A stretch of 64,000 nt of DNA from Bacilli bacterium (GCA_900767825.1 CAAGAN010000038.1:29645-93644), one strand, 5' to 3'; counted from the first letter of the stretch, positions 1 to 9,400 are shown. Notes: generated by a model not told the origin, from the sequence alone. Numbers and translations: made by a program.

Positions 1-1
1 A

Positions 2-82
2 GTTACTACATATGGGCTAGAAAAATCAGGTTATTTTGATGATTTTGCTAATGTTATAACCTTAAATGATTTCTTCAAATAA
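2..82 (+). CDS. 3' end of an ORF cut by the window edge; C-terminus resembles the DUF234-type ATPase paralog at 14300-15742
   Basis: Frame 2 reads ...VTTYGLEKSGYFDDFANVITLNDFFK then TAA at 80-82. The ending ITLNDFFK parallels LICLNDLFN at the C-terminus of the 480-aa ATPase. Confidence 0.3.
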   Translation, partial: VTTYGLEKSGYFDDFANVITLNDFFK

Positions 83-144
83 TAGTTTGATTAGAGATAG
101 GTTCTGGCAATAGGTTCATCGATAAATCAAAGTACCGCCCTCTA

Positions 145-221
145 TATTCTTACTGAAATTCCAAATATTCTTACTGAAAAAGCAATTATTCTTACTGAAA
201 AAGCAATTATTCTTACTGAAA
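145..221. repeat. Four direct copies of TATTCTTACTGAAA at an exact 21-bp period, plus a degenerate fifth copy at about 223-235
   Basis: Copies start at 145, 166, 187 and 208. The array lies between the truncated ATPase ORF end (82) and the SWIM gene start (370). Confidence 0.9.
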
Positions 222-369
222 TTGTTACTGATTCTTAATTTAGACCGTTTTACTTTCCTCTAAAGGAAATCAAAAACGCCCATATTTCTTAGGTTTAAAT
301 GCAATCTACTTAAATTTTCTTTCATTTGTATCCATAAAGTAGTTAAAATAAGGTGTTTAACTATCGCTT

Positions 370-1872
370 ATGGACAATACAAATTTCTTTGATTACTCAA
401 TTATTTCTAGAGGAAGAACCATCTTTAGGGAAGAAAACTTCAAGATTAAAGATGAAAACAAGAACGCTATAAACGCGGATGTTTTCGGAACAAGTACATA
501 TAGGGTTCACCTCGAATTTAATGACAAGGGAAGGCTATTGATTGCCAGATCAAACTGCACCTGCCCCTGCTCATATCCTTGCAAGCACATGGCAGCTTTA
601 GTCTTATATCATGATAAGCAATATAAAGATGCCTATGATGACGATGCTATTCAAATAATACGTCCAAATAAAAGCAAACCAAATAATGTCCTTAATTCCT
701 TAGAGAGAAGTTCTAAAGAGATGGCATCTTATTATTCTAGCCAGTATTCATCTACTAAATATGTATATGAATCATTAAATAAATTAAAGGGCCTAGAAGC
801 AATCGATGGCTTTAAAGGCAATGAATCTAGAGTTTTAGGCATTTTAAATAATCTACTAAATATTACCCTAGATGCCGATTATTCATATTCCTATGATGCC
901 CATTACTACTACATCGATTTTGATACTTTATTGAAAAACATTTTTGTATTGATGGATAAATTAGGCGTCAGGAATAACCTAAATGACTTAATACTTGCCT
1001 TCATAACAAAAGTAAGGAAAATCAATTCATCACATATCAATAAACTCCTTCTAGATGAATCCACTTCTTCTTTAACAAATTTATTAATAGAAACCATAAT
1101 AAAAACAAAGAGGACTTCTCGGTTTTTAACATCTTTAAGAATCCCTTATACGGGAATGAGCTTAGATGGATATAGTTATTTCAATAAAAAATCATTATTG
1201 AAAACCAACTTCAAAGATATCAACGATACATCAAAATTCAATTTCATCGAGGAAACATTTTATAAGCATGATAAAAATGACATCTTGGATTTGGTTTCAA
1301 TCTTAGAAATTAATAGCTCGAAGCTTATCTTGAATAGCCACGAACTCTCGATCCTAGATGGAATAGATCATAAATTAGCGTTAAAAACCTTGTTGAACAT
1401 CAAAGAATTCCATAACCTCGATTGGATTTCTACATTCTTATCTTTAGTTAAAGAGGAAGACAAGAAAGAAAAAGAAGACTTCAACAAAATAATGAACTAT
1501 CTTATATCAAATGGGACATATACCCCTCTTCTTTTATATCCTTCTTCTAATATAGACATAAAGAAACTCAATGTATTTGAAATCGAATCAATTAGGAAAT
1601 TCATTCTTGATGAATATAAGCAAAAAGTAATCGATTATATATTTGATAAAGCTAACAAAGATATGGGGCTAAAAAGCGATAGGTCAAATGAAATTGCATC
1701 AATCCTAATTACCTTAAACGATTTAGAACCTAGCTTATGTTCGAAATTACTTCTAAATAACAAATTAAAGACAAAGATAGAAAATAACGAAGCGTCCTTA
1801 GCCATCTATTTTATGTTGCTAGATAAATATAACCTCCTAGTAGATGCAGGATATTTTCCATATAAGGGGTAA
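370..1872 (+). CDS. SWIM zinc-finger domain protein (YwqB-like partner of the SNF2 helicase)
   Basis: CxCxnCxH signature SNCTCPCSYPCKHMAALVL near the N-terminus. It ends 3 nt before the SNF2 gene, the same pairing as B. subtilis ywqB-ywqA (from memory). Confidence 0.8.
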   Translation: MDNTNFFDYSIISRGRTIFREENFKIKDENKNAINADVFGTSTYRVHLEFNDKGRLLIARSNCTCPCSYPCKHMAALVLYHDKQYKDAYDDDAIQIIRPNKSKPNNVLNSLERSSKEMASYYSSQYSSTKYVYESLNKLKGLEAIDGFKGNESRVLGILNNLLNITLDADYSYSYDAHYYYIDFDTLLKNIFVLMDKLGVRNNLNDLILAFITKVRKINSSHINKLLLDESTSSLTNLLIETIIKTKRTSRFLTSLRIPYTGMSLDGYSYFNKKSLLKTNFKDINDTSKFNFIEETFYKHDKNDILDLVSILEINSSKLILNSHELSILDGIDHKLALKTLLNIKEFHNLDWISTFLSLVKEEDKKEKEDFNKIMNYLISNGTYTPLLLYPSSNIDIKKLNVFEIESIRKFILDEYKQKVIDYIFDKANKDMGLKSDRSNEIASILITLNDLEPSLCSKLLLNNKLKTKIENNEASLAIYFMLLDKYNLLVDAGYFPYKG

Positions 1873-1875
1873 TTT

Positions 1876-4800
1876 ATGTATATAGATAAGATTAAATTAG
1901 ATAAAGAATTCGAACTTGAGGAAATAAAAGAAAACCAAAAATACGTAGATATCCTTCTTTCCTTATTCAAAGAAAAGAAAATAAAGATGGCCTATAGCTA
2001 CGACAAGGAAACAGATTCTTTTACATATCATTGCTACAGGCAGCAATTAGATGACCACCTTGTATATTTATCATTAAAAGTAGATTCATCTGGTTCTATT
2101 TCATATAAAAAGGGTGAGGATGTATTCGCTTATTCCCTTTGCAAATATCTTCTAGATGTAGAAAAAAACAAAACTCCAGAAGAATTAGAAAAGCTATATG
2201 AAGGAATTGATTCAAGTGTCCTTAAATCAGCATTTTTATCCCCAGAAGAAAATAGAAAAAGACTTACTTTAAGGAATTCATTCTTGGATATGTTAGGTGA
2301 AAAAGAATCAATCCAAGAAGATCCAATTAACTTTATCGCGACTGAAATTAGACTTTATTTGCATACAGATAGTTCAATTTATGGTTCCGATTATTTCACT
2401 TCCAATATCATTTTTTACATATCCAACAAAGACAAAGACAAAATTCCTTTATTTCCGAAAGAATTACTTTCATCCACCTCTTCTATTCTAAAAAAGGGAA
2501 AGAAAAGATATAGAATAAATTATTCATTAATTGAAAATCTAGTTAACCCCTGTCTTGTTATTGCATCTAAATATGCTAACTCCAACCTAAACGTAAGAGA
2601 GTCCGAACTACCTGATTTAATAAGTCTATTTAGGGGTCAGACAATATATCTAAATAATAAAAAGTATTACGTTAATGAAGAGTTAAACGAAGGAGGAATA
2701 AGCCTAAAAGAAGATGGGTCTATATCCTTGCTTCCTGATTTAGAAAGTCTACATGAGACTTTATTGTTTTCTTCTTCCGATAAGTTAGTAACTTCTAATG
2801 AAAAGTCATCTTTAATCAAGATATATTCCTTTAGAAGCGAGAAATCTAAATCAATATATAGCTATATCTATGATCATCAACTTAGGGATAAAGAAATTAG
2901 CTATATCCAGGATTTGGTAATCTCAAAAATGAAGAAAGAAAAAGGACTTAAGATAATAGGTTCCAATTCAAAATATAAGATTAAATATTATGTAGATTAT
3001 CTATCTGAATTAGAAAAACTAGTATTTAAGACAGAGCTATATTTTGATGAAGAAGAAATAAGCAAAGAAAACTTCATCCAAAGCGAATTCGCGAATGAAT
3101 ATTATTCTTCTTTTGAAGAAGAAGTTAATTCCCTCCATGGACTTCTAAATGGAGAAATAAAGGACCCATTATATGTTTATGCCTTCCTTTCTTCTCAATA
3201 TAAGGATTTATCTACCTACTGCAATTTATATCTAAGTAGCAACCTTGCTAACTTAACTAGATCAAAAGGAACATCAATCAAAGTAAAGCTAGATTCTAAA
3301 GATGGCTGGATTAATGGAGATATATCTAGCAATGAATTTAGTGAAGAAGAAATAAGGGAAATTATCGAATCATATAAGAGAAAGAAAGAATTTGTCTTAA
3401 TAAAAGATAAATTGATTAACCTCCATGATGAAGAAATATCTTCCTTAGTAGAAATAAATGATTTATTAAAAGATTCAAAAGGCAAAAAGAAAGAAGATTT
3501 ACCTTTCTGGACTACTTTCATGTTGTCTTCTAAAAAAGGTATCGAGGTTGATTTATCTTCTTCTTTAAATGATTTTGTAACTGACCTATCTAATTTTAAA
3601 AAGAATAAATTAGATTTACCAAAAGAATTGTCTTCCGTTTTACGTCCATATCAAAAAAACGGGGTCAAATGGCTTTCTACTTTAAATAAATACCGTCTCC
3701 CTGCTTTATTAGCAGACGACATGGGATTAGGTAAGACACTTCAGACGATTTGCTTTATAAAAACATTAAAACAGAAGGGGCCTGTATTAATTGTCTGCCC
3801 AAAATCAGTTACTTATAACTGGCAAAAAGAAATAGAAAAATGGGCACCTGAACTTAAAAGCAATGTTATCTCTGGTTCAGTTGAATCTAGAGCCAAATCA
3901 TTAAATGAAATATCAAAAGGTACGAATGAAATATTCATTACTTCTTATGAAACATTAAGAAATGATGAAGATAAATATTCTTCTCTTTCTTTCCTCTTGC
4001 TCATATTAGATGAAGCGCAGAATATTAAAAACCCACATGCGAAGAAATCTTTCGCGGTTAAATCAATCCAATCTAAGTATCGACTAGCCTTAACTGGCAC
4101 CCCAATTGAAAATTCAGCGATAGATTTATTCTCTATATTTGATTTTTTAATGGAAGGATATCTAGGTAATGAAAAGGAATTCTTCTCTAGGTATGGAGGA
4201 GTTCCAGACAAAGAAAAAAGCAATGAACTATATAACAAGATCAAGCCATTCTATCTAAGAAGAAAGAAAGAAGATGTCTTAAGCGACCTTCCTCCAAAGA
4301 CAGTTGAAGTAGTCTCCATTACAATGGATGAAGAAGAATCTAAGATTTATAAGGCCAACCTAGAAAAAGCTAGAATCGAATCAAATGAAGGCAATCCTAT
4401 CGCAATTTTGGCTACGATTACTAAATTAAGGACAATATGTGTCGATACTCCTGCTTTCTTTGAAGGGGCTAACTTTATATCTAGCAAGCTCCAATATAGC
4501 ATCGATAAGATTAAGCAAGGATTAGAGACTGGGCATAAATTCATCGTTTTCTCTTCCTTTACAAAAGTACTCCACCACTTAAACCAATTATTAAATAACG
4601 AAAATATCCCTAATAAGATTATTGAAGGAGATACACCTGCTAAAGAAAGAGTATCTATATCAGAAGACTTCAATAAGAAGAATGATTTTGGAGTCGTATT
4701 AGTTTCCTTAAAAGCTGGTGGAACTGGTCTAAATCTATATGGGGCTGATATGGTAATACACCTAGATCCATGGTGGAATGTCGCAGCCGAAGAACAAGCT

Positions 4801-4992
4801 AGCGATAGGGCACACCGTATCGGACAAACCCGTCCTGCAACTGTCTATAAATTAGTCGCATTCAATACAATTGAAGAAAAAGTATTGAAATTGCAGGAAA
4901 TTAAAGCAGGCATTGTATCTAGCTTGATAAAAGAAGGAGATGCCGGAATCACTAAATTAAGCAAGGAAGATATTAAATTCCTATTGTCTTAA
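1876..4992 (+). CDS. SNF2/RapA-family DEAD/H helicase with a roughly 600-aa uncharacterised N-terminal region
   Basis: SNF2_N motifs LRPYQKNGVKWL, LLADDMGLGKT and LILDEAQNIKN. Helicase C motifs GGTGLNLYGADMVIHLDPWWNVAAEEQASDRAHRIGQTRP. Confidence 0.92.
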   Translation: MYIDKIKLDKEFELEEIKENQKYVDILLSLFKEKKIKMAYSYDKETDSFTYHCYRQQLDDHLVYLSLKVDSSGSISYKKGEDVFAYSLCKYLLDVEKNKTPEELEKLYEGIDSSVLKSAFLSPEENRKRLTLRNSFLDMLGEKESIQEDPINFIATEIRLYLHTDSSIYGSDYFTSNIIFYISNKDKDKIPLFPKELLSSTSSILKKGKKRYRINYSLIENLVNPCLVIASKYANSNLNVRESELPDLISLFRGQTIYLNNKKYYVNEELNEGGISLKEDGSISLLPDLESLHETLLFSSSDKLVTSNEKSSLIKIYSFRSEKSKSIYSYIYDHQLRDKEISYIQDLVISKMKKEKGLKIIGSNSKYKIKYYVDYLSELEKLVFKTELYFDEEEISKENFIQSEFANEYYSSFEEEVNSLHGLLNGEIKDPLYVYAFLSSQYKDLSTYCNLYLSSNLANLTRSKGTSIKVKLDSKDGWINGDISSNEFSEEEIREIIESYKRKKEFVLIKDKLINLHDEEISSLVEINDLLKDSKGKKKEDLPFWTTFMLSSKKGIEVDLSSSLNDFVTDLSNFKKNKLDLPKELSSVLRPYQKNGVKWLSTLNKYRLPALLADDMGLGKTLQTICFIKTLKQKGPVLIVCPKSVTYNWQKEIEKWAPELKSNVISGSVESRAKSLNEISKGTNEIFITSYETLRNDEDKYSSLSFLLLILDEAQNIKNPHAKKSFAVKSIQSKYRLALTGTPIENSAIDLFSIFDFLMEGYLGNEKEFFSRYGGVPDKEKSNELYNKIKPFYLRRKKEDVLSDLPPKTVEVVSITMDEEESKIYKANLEKARIESNEGNPIAILATITKLRTICVDTPAFFEGANFISSKLQYSIDKIKQGLETGHKFIVFSSFTKVLHHLNQLLNNENIPNKIIEGDTPAKERVSISEDFNKKNDFGVVLVSLKAGGTGLNLYGADMVIHLDPWWNVAAEEQASDRAHRIGQTRPATVYKLVAFNTIEEKVLKLQEIKAGIVSSLIKEGDAGITKLSKEDIKFLLS

Positions 4993-5011
4993 TCGTGCTA
5001 GAATAGTCGTT

Positions 5012-6208
5012 ATGGTAAATCTATTAAGAAGAATCTTCATAAAAGATTATAAAAATGTTGATAATGAAATAGTTAGGGGGAGGCATGGCAAATTTGCAGC
5101 CTTCTTTGGCATTGTTACTAACTTGATATTAGTCTTATTAAAAGGCGGGGTTGCTTTATATGGGGCGAGTAAGAACCATTGGGTATTCTCTTTGGCCTTA
5201 ATCGCCGATACAGTTAATAACCTTGGTGATTTAGCATCTAACCTAGTTACTTTATTTGGATTTAAGATGGCTATGAAGCCTGCTGATAAAGACCATCCGT
5301 TCGGCCATCAACGCATTGAATATATATCTGGATTAATTGTATCTATATTTGTCGTCGCGACTGGGCTTGAATTATTTTCTTCTTCTATTCAGGCGGCGAT
5401 TAATAAAGCTGAAGTCACCTATGATTTATTAGCAATCATCATCTTATTCATATCTAGCCTAATCAAATTAGGACAAGGCTATGTCAATTATGGATTAGGT
5501 AAAGCTATATCCTCCCCTTCATTAAAGGCAACTTGCCTTGATTCGATTTCAGATGCAATCGCCACCACTATATTAGGAATCGGTGCCATTATTACCTATT
5601 GCCTTAATTTCCCTTATCTAGACTCATATCTAGGTTTAGCCATATCTTTATTTATCATCTATTCAGGAATAATGATGATAAAAGAGACTAGCGATCCTCT
5701 TATTGGACACGCGGCAAATAAAGAAGATGTAGAAAAGATAGTAAAAGAAATACTCTCCTATAAGGAAATTAAGGGGGTACATGATGTCATTTGCCATAAT
5801 TATGGACCTACTAAGATATTTATTTCTTTACATGTCGAAGTTGATGAAAAAAATGACCTTGCCTATATCCATGATGTAATCGATAACATTGAAGAAGATA
5901 TTAGAAAGAAATTTGCAGTAGAGATAACTATCCACATGGATCCTATTTCTATTGGGAATAAGGAAGTAGATGAAACAAAGGAAAAGGTTCTAGCCATATT
6001 AGAGAAATTAGATAAATCATTGACTATCCATGACTTCAGAATGGTAAAAGGACCGACCCATGTAAACGTTATCTTCGATATAGTCGTTCCTTATGATGAT
6101 AAATCATTTAATGAAGTTAATGTCTTAAATACCTTAGAAGCAGGTTTTTTAGATGAACCTACAAAGCATAACTTCATTGTTAGGTTTGATCATCCTTACG
6201 AAGAATAA
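5012..6208 (+). CDS. Cation diffusion facilitator (CDF) family metal efflux transporter
   Basis: Six-TM N-terminal half containing DTVNNLGDL and DKDHPFGHQRIEY. C-terminal cytoplasmic domain GVHDVICHNYGP...ISLHVEV is typical of CDF proteins. Confidence 0.9.
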   Translation: MVNLLRRIFIKDYKNVDNEIVRGRHGKFAAFFGIVTNLILVLLKGGVALYGASKNHWVFSLALIADTVNNLGDLASNLVTLFGFKMAMKPADKDHPFGHQRIEYISGLIVSIFVVATGLELFSSSIQAAINKAEVTYDLLAIIILFISSLIKLGQGYVNYGLGKAISSPSLKATCLDSISDAIATTILGIGAIITYCLNFPYLDSYLGLAISLFIIYSGIMMIKETSDPLIGHAANKEDVEKIVKEILSYKEIKGVHDVICHNYGPTKIFISLHVEVDEKNDLAYIHDVIDNIEEDIRKKFAVEITIHMDPISIGNKEVDETKEKVLAILEKLDKSLTIHDFRMVKGPTHVNVIFDIVVPYDDKSFNEVNVLNTLEAGFLDEPTKHNFIVRFDHPYEE

Positions 6209-6212
6209 ATGC

Positions 6213-6264
6213 ATCAAAAACTCGTTGGAATTTCATTAATTTTTTTAAAGATTCCAACGCATTT
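6213..6264. repeat. Copy 1 of a roughly 52-nt hairpin-containing direct repeat flanking the ATPase gene
   Basis: ATCAAAAACTCGTTGGAAT-loop-ATTCCAACGCATTT with a 9-bp stem CGTTGGAAT/ATTCCAACG. On the minus strand it is followed by GTTTTT, so it is a likely terminator for 6264-7499. Confidence 0.85.
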
Positions 6265-7499
6265 CAAGATAAATAGATATCTACCTTGCCCGTTAGGAAA
6301 TCAATAATATTGATATGCGTAATCCCGTTATTAGAGGTATCTTTCTTATCTAAAGACATTACATACTTAGGTGAATTATCCCTTATTTTTGCAAAGGACC
6401 CATATTCTCTATCGAAGGTTTTTTGGTCTTTTATAGAATAGGCAACTTGAATTAGGCACTTCTTCTTATTTTTAATAACGACAAAATCAATTTCACCATC
6501 ATTAAATTTCCCATAACGTACTTCATAACCTCTATATAGAAGTTCATTAAACAAAATCCCCTCCAAGGCGAAAGTATCATCTAATTCCAAAACATTGCCT
6601 AGTGCATTCCTTAGCCCCACATCTATTGCATAATATTTCTTCGTTCCGGTTAATTGCTCTTTTCCCTTTAGATAATATGGCTTGCATTCAAGCAAGAAAT
6701 AACATTCCTCAAGATATTTAGCGTAGTTGCTTATAGTTTGAGAAAAACTCTTTTGCTCGTCCTTTGTAGCGTTCTTTTTTATAAATTTAGCTATAGAGTA
6801 AGCTGAAAAAGGCTTGCCGGTGGTAGAAATTATATATTTTGATACATTCTCGAAATAATTCTTATTTATAGATTTATGAACCTTGTATACATCCTTTTGG
6901 ATGATTGAATCATATAGAGATACTAGATATTGCCTAATCCCATCCCCATCAATTTCTTCATAACGTTGAGGCATTCCTCCAAATTCTAGATAATCATCAA
7001 AATCATTATCTAGAATAGGCATATCATTCTTTCTTTTGTATTCTAGGGTTTCTAGATAAGTAAATGGATAAACCTCAAATTCTTTAGCCCTGCCTGTTAA
7101 TCTATCTTGCAATTTGCCATGAAGTAATTTTGAGTTAGAACCAGTTATAAATAAAGAGCAGTTATAACTTACTCGAATAGACGCGACAGCTTCTTCGAAT
7201 TTCCTAATATGCTGGACTTCATCAATGAAAATATAATATTTTTCTTTATCTTTTATTAATTTATCTAGCTTTTTCTCTATTTTCTTTCTAGTAGTCAATC
7301 CTTCTCCTGACTTACCTTCTAAGTCAAAAACGATGATGTGATCTTCAGATATACCTAACGCTTTTATTTCAGCAATAATCTGTAGCAATAACTCTGATTT
7401 GCCACATCTTCTAACTCCGGTTATAGCCTTAATGTATTTAGAATGATAAAAAGGCCTGATTCTAGCTAAATAGTTTTCCCTAATGATTATATTATCCAT
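6264..7499 (-). CDS. AAA ATPase (AAA_14 + DUF4143 type) with a degenerate C-terminal nuclease-like motif
   Basis: Walker A GVRRCGKSELL and Walker B YIFIDEVQ. The C-terminus has GEIDFVV...CLIQVAYS where the paralogs have D...ExK. Confidence 0.85.
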   Translation of the reverse strand: MDNIIIRENYLARIRPFYHSKYIKAITGVRRCGKSELLLQIIAEIKALGISEDHIIVFDLEGKSGEGLTTRKKIEKKLDKLIKDKEKYYIFIDEVQHIRKFEEAVASIRVSYNCSLFITGSNSKLLHGKLQDRLTGRAKEFEVYPFTYLETLEYKRKNDMPILDNDFDDYLEFGGMPQRYEEIDGDGIRQYLVSLYDSIIQKDVYKVHKSINKNYFENVSKYIISTTGKPFSAYSIAKFIKKNATKDEQKSFSQTISNYAKYLEECYFLLECKPYYLKGKEQLTGTKKYYAIDVGLRNALGNVLELDDTFALEGILFNELLYRGYEVRYGKFNDGEIDFVVIKNKKKCLIQVAYSIKDQKTFDREYGSFAKIRDNSPKYVMSLDKKDTSNNGITHINIIDFLTGKVDIYLS

Positions 7500-7510
7500 A
7501 ATTTGAATAT

Positions 7511-7561
7511 ATCAAAAACTCGTTGGAATTTCATTAATTTTTTAAAGATTCCAACGCATTT
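7511..7561. repeat. Copy 2 of the hairpin direct repeat, immediately upstream of the ATPase start codon
   Basis: Identical to 6213-6264 apart from a one-T length difference in the loop. In this copy the palindrome is extended by ATATATCAAAA / TTTTGATATAT arms. Confidence 0.85.
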
Positions 7562-7570
7562 TGATATATT

Positions 7571-7598
7571 TAAAAAGAAAACAGCCGGTTAAGGCTGC
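7571..7598 (-). terminator. Putative intrinsic terminator after the 117-aa acidic protein gene
   Basis: The minus strand reads GCAGCCTTAACCGGCTGTTTTCTTTTT: a short GC stem followed by a T-run. Confidence 0.5.
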
Positions 7599-7654
7599 TT
7601 CCTTTACCAATCAACTAGCAAGATGTAATAAATCTATTCAAATATAGTATCCAA

Positions 7655-8008
7655 CTATTTCTCTCCGTTGATTAATGACCTTAGGTGGCCGGAAATCATA
7701 TCGTGAATTTCGAAAGAACCATCATTAATTTCATTTAATCTAGAAATCAATTTAGTAATCATTTGCAACAATAGAGGGGCTAATTCCTTTTCCTTATTTG
7801 TATCAAAATGCAATCCGTCTGGACTACTTTTGTCTTCCGAGAAAAGAGAATACCACAAATCATTAATCTTTTTATCTAAAGATTGTGCAATTTCATCTTT
7901 ATCCACAATACTGCTACCTGTTGATTCGTTTCCTTTTTCATCCTCTTCATCTTTTAGCAAGGGACCAAACACGAATTCCAAACCAATTTGTATAATAACT
8001 TTGCTCAT
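7655..8008 (-). CDS. Small acidic hypothetical protein, a possible immunity or antitoxin partner
   Basis: Internal ATG at 8008 (MSKVIIQ...) is preceded by GGAGG and lies 1 nt after the upstream ORF stop (8010-8012). The protein is rich in D/E (KDEEDEKGNESTG). I recognise no family. Confidence 0.45.
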   Translation of the reverse strand: MSKVIIQIGLEFVFGPLLKDEEDEKGNESTGSSIVDKDEIAQSLDKKINDLWYSLFSEDKSSPDGLHFDTNKEKELAPLLLQMITKLISRLNEINDGSFEIHDMISGHLRSLINGEK

Positions 8009-8009
8009 T

Positions 8010-8501
8010 CTAAATACCTCCGTACGACACTGGATATGCTGTTTCAATATAACCATTTTCAGCTATTCCGTAAACAACACAATATTTTCCTTGATAATAA
8101 TACTTATTTCTGTAAAAAGTTTTTCCGTCCCTCGCGTTGAATTTTGCAGAAATCAGTTTTCCTTTAGAAATTGTATCACTCAACAAAGCAACCAACTGAT
8201 TACTTTTGATGCCAAAAGCACTTTCAAAATCTTGAATATGCCTTTCGATAATGTGTTCAACTCTATCATTTTCTAAGAAAATATGTTCACCATTATCAAG
8301 TCTTGCGGCAAAAACGATCTTTTCTTTGGTGAACTTTATACCATTTTTGCTCATTTCATCCAAAATGTCAGTTGCCAGCAAATCACCAATACTAATTTTG
8401 TCACTAGTAACAAAATTTAATTTTCCTCCTCTTGTGCTTAGAGCACTATCGAATTTACTACCGCCACCCATAAATGGAACTCTCCTTCTTATAACGATCA
8501 A
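8010..8501 (-). CDS. Hypothetical 150-163-aa protein; its C-terminal half resembles polymorphic-toxin / BECR-type RNase modules (weak)
   Basis: Motifs HIFLENDRVEHIIERHIQDF and the terminal ENGYIETAYP resemble toxin CT domains I remember. The start is ambiguous (8501 or ATG at 8471). It overlaps the DUF4417 gene end and is coupled to the acidic ORF. Confidence 0.4.
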   Translation of the reverse strand: MIVIRRRVPFMGGGSKFDSALSTRGGKLNFVTSDKISIGDLLATDILDEMSKNGIKFTKEKIVFAARLDNGEHIFLENDRVEHIIERHIQDFESAFGIKSNQLVALLSDTISKGKLISAKFNARDGKTFYRNKYYYQGKYCVVYGIAENGYIETAYPVSYGGI

Positions 8502-9189
8502 TTTTGGAATGGGGAATTACTATTTTGGTACCTTTCGATTTGGCATAACCGAAAAATTCGTCAAAATTGTCTTCACTAATAAACCCATAAACTAATATAT
8601 ATTTGGGGGCAATTCTATCAACGGCTTCCCTTAGGCCGTCTAAAAACATCTTCTTGTTGTCTTTATTTCTAATTTGTCCAAGTGCCCCAACAGAAATGTT
8701 AGATCCCTTTGAAATACCATCAAAGCAATATTCAAACGTAAAAGGATGTGTCCATCTAACATTTGGAATAACCTTGGCGTTTGTATTAATAGTTAACCAA
8801 CGGATGCAAACACGCGATTTATAGACATTAAATATTTGCAACGCATTCGGAAAATCTCCAAAAAGAGAATAATCAGGGCCGGCAATATACTTTACATCCT
8901 TAAATCTTTCTCTAAACTTTTCTAACCTGCTTTCGTCCTTGTAAATAATGGAATTATAAAGTCCATGTATTCCGTCAAAAACGTGATCATATTGATAAAA
9001 CGCAACACATGTATTGTTGGTTTTATTGTATTCTTTTTTATCAGAATATAGAGCTATATAATCAATCTCTGAGATATCATCAAAATTACCAACGACTGGC
9101 ATGTCAAAATCGCCATCAAAAGAAAGCGATTCTAATAAATAAACACCGAAAATGTCTTTAAAGTTATCTCTAACTAAATAATTGGGCAT
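8458..9189 (-). CDS. DUF4417 domain protein
   Basis: VAFYQYDHVFDG, GPDYSLFGDFPNALQIFNVYKSRVCIRWL, VIPNVRW and ILVYG match my memory of the DUF4417 consensus. A strong AGGAGG RBS precedes the ATG. Confidence 0.7.
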   Translation of the reverse strand: MPNYLVRDNFKDIFGVYLLESLSFDGDFDMPVVGNFDDISEIDYIALYSDKKEYNKTNNTCVAFYQYDHVFDGIHGLYNSIIYKDESRLEKFRERFKDVKYIAGPDYSLFGDFPNALQIFNVYKSRVCIRWLTINTNAKVIPNVRWTHPFTFEYCFDGISKGSNISVGALGQIRNKDNKKMFLDGLREAVDRIAPKYILVYGFISEDNFDEFFGYAKSKGTKIVIPHSKIDRYKKESSIYGWR

Positions 9190-9355
9190 TTTTTCTACCT
9201 CCTATATCAAGAGCCAAAAATAAGCCAAAAATAACTTTGTTACCAAATTATGTATTCATTCATAAAGAAAACCTCCTTATTCGAGCCGAAACCATTTGCT
9301 TAAACAAGGGGGTTAGAGTACAATGATATTGTCCAGGTATCAAAGTACCTAACCG

Positions 9356-9386
9356 GCGCTGACTTCAGTTAGCGCTTTTTTGTTTT
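9356..9386 (+). terminator. Plus-strand-oriented intrinsic terminator with no plus-strand gene upstream
   Basis: GCGCTGAC-TTCA-GTTAGCGC stem (8 bp, one G-U pair) followed by TTTTTTGTTTT. On the minus strand it lacks a T-run. Confidence 0.55.
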
Positions 9387-9400
9387 GAAACAAATTAGTT

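Noticed and set aside
7830-8595. Plus-strand ORFs 7830-8276 and 8251-8595 opposite the toxin-like and acidic genes
   Set aside because: The minus-strand ORFs have strong RBSs and coupled start/stop geometry. The plus-strand products are Ser/Leu/Phe-rich with no start context.
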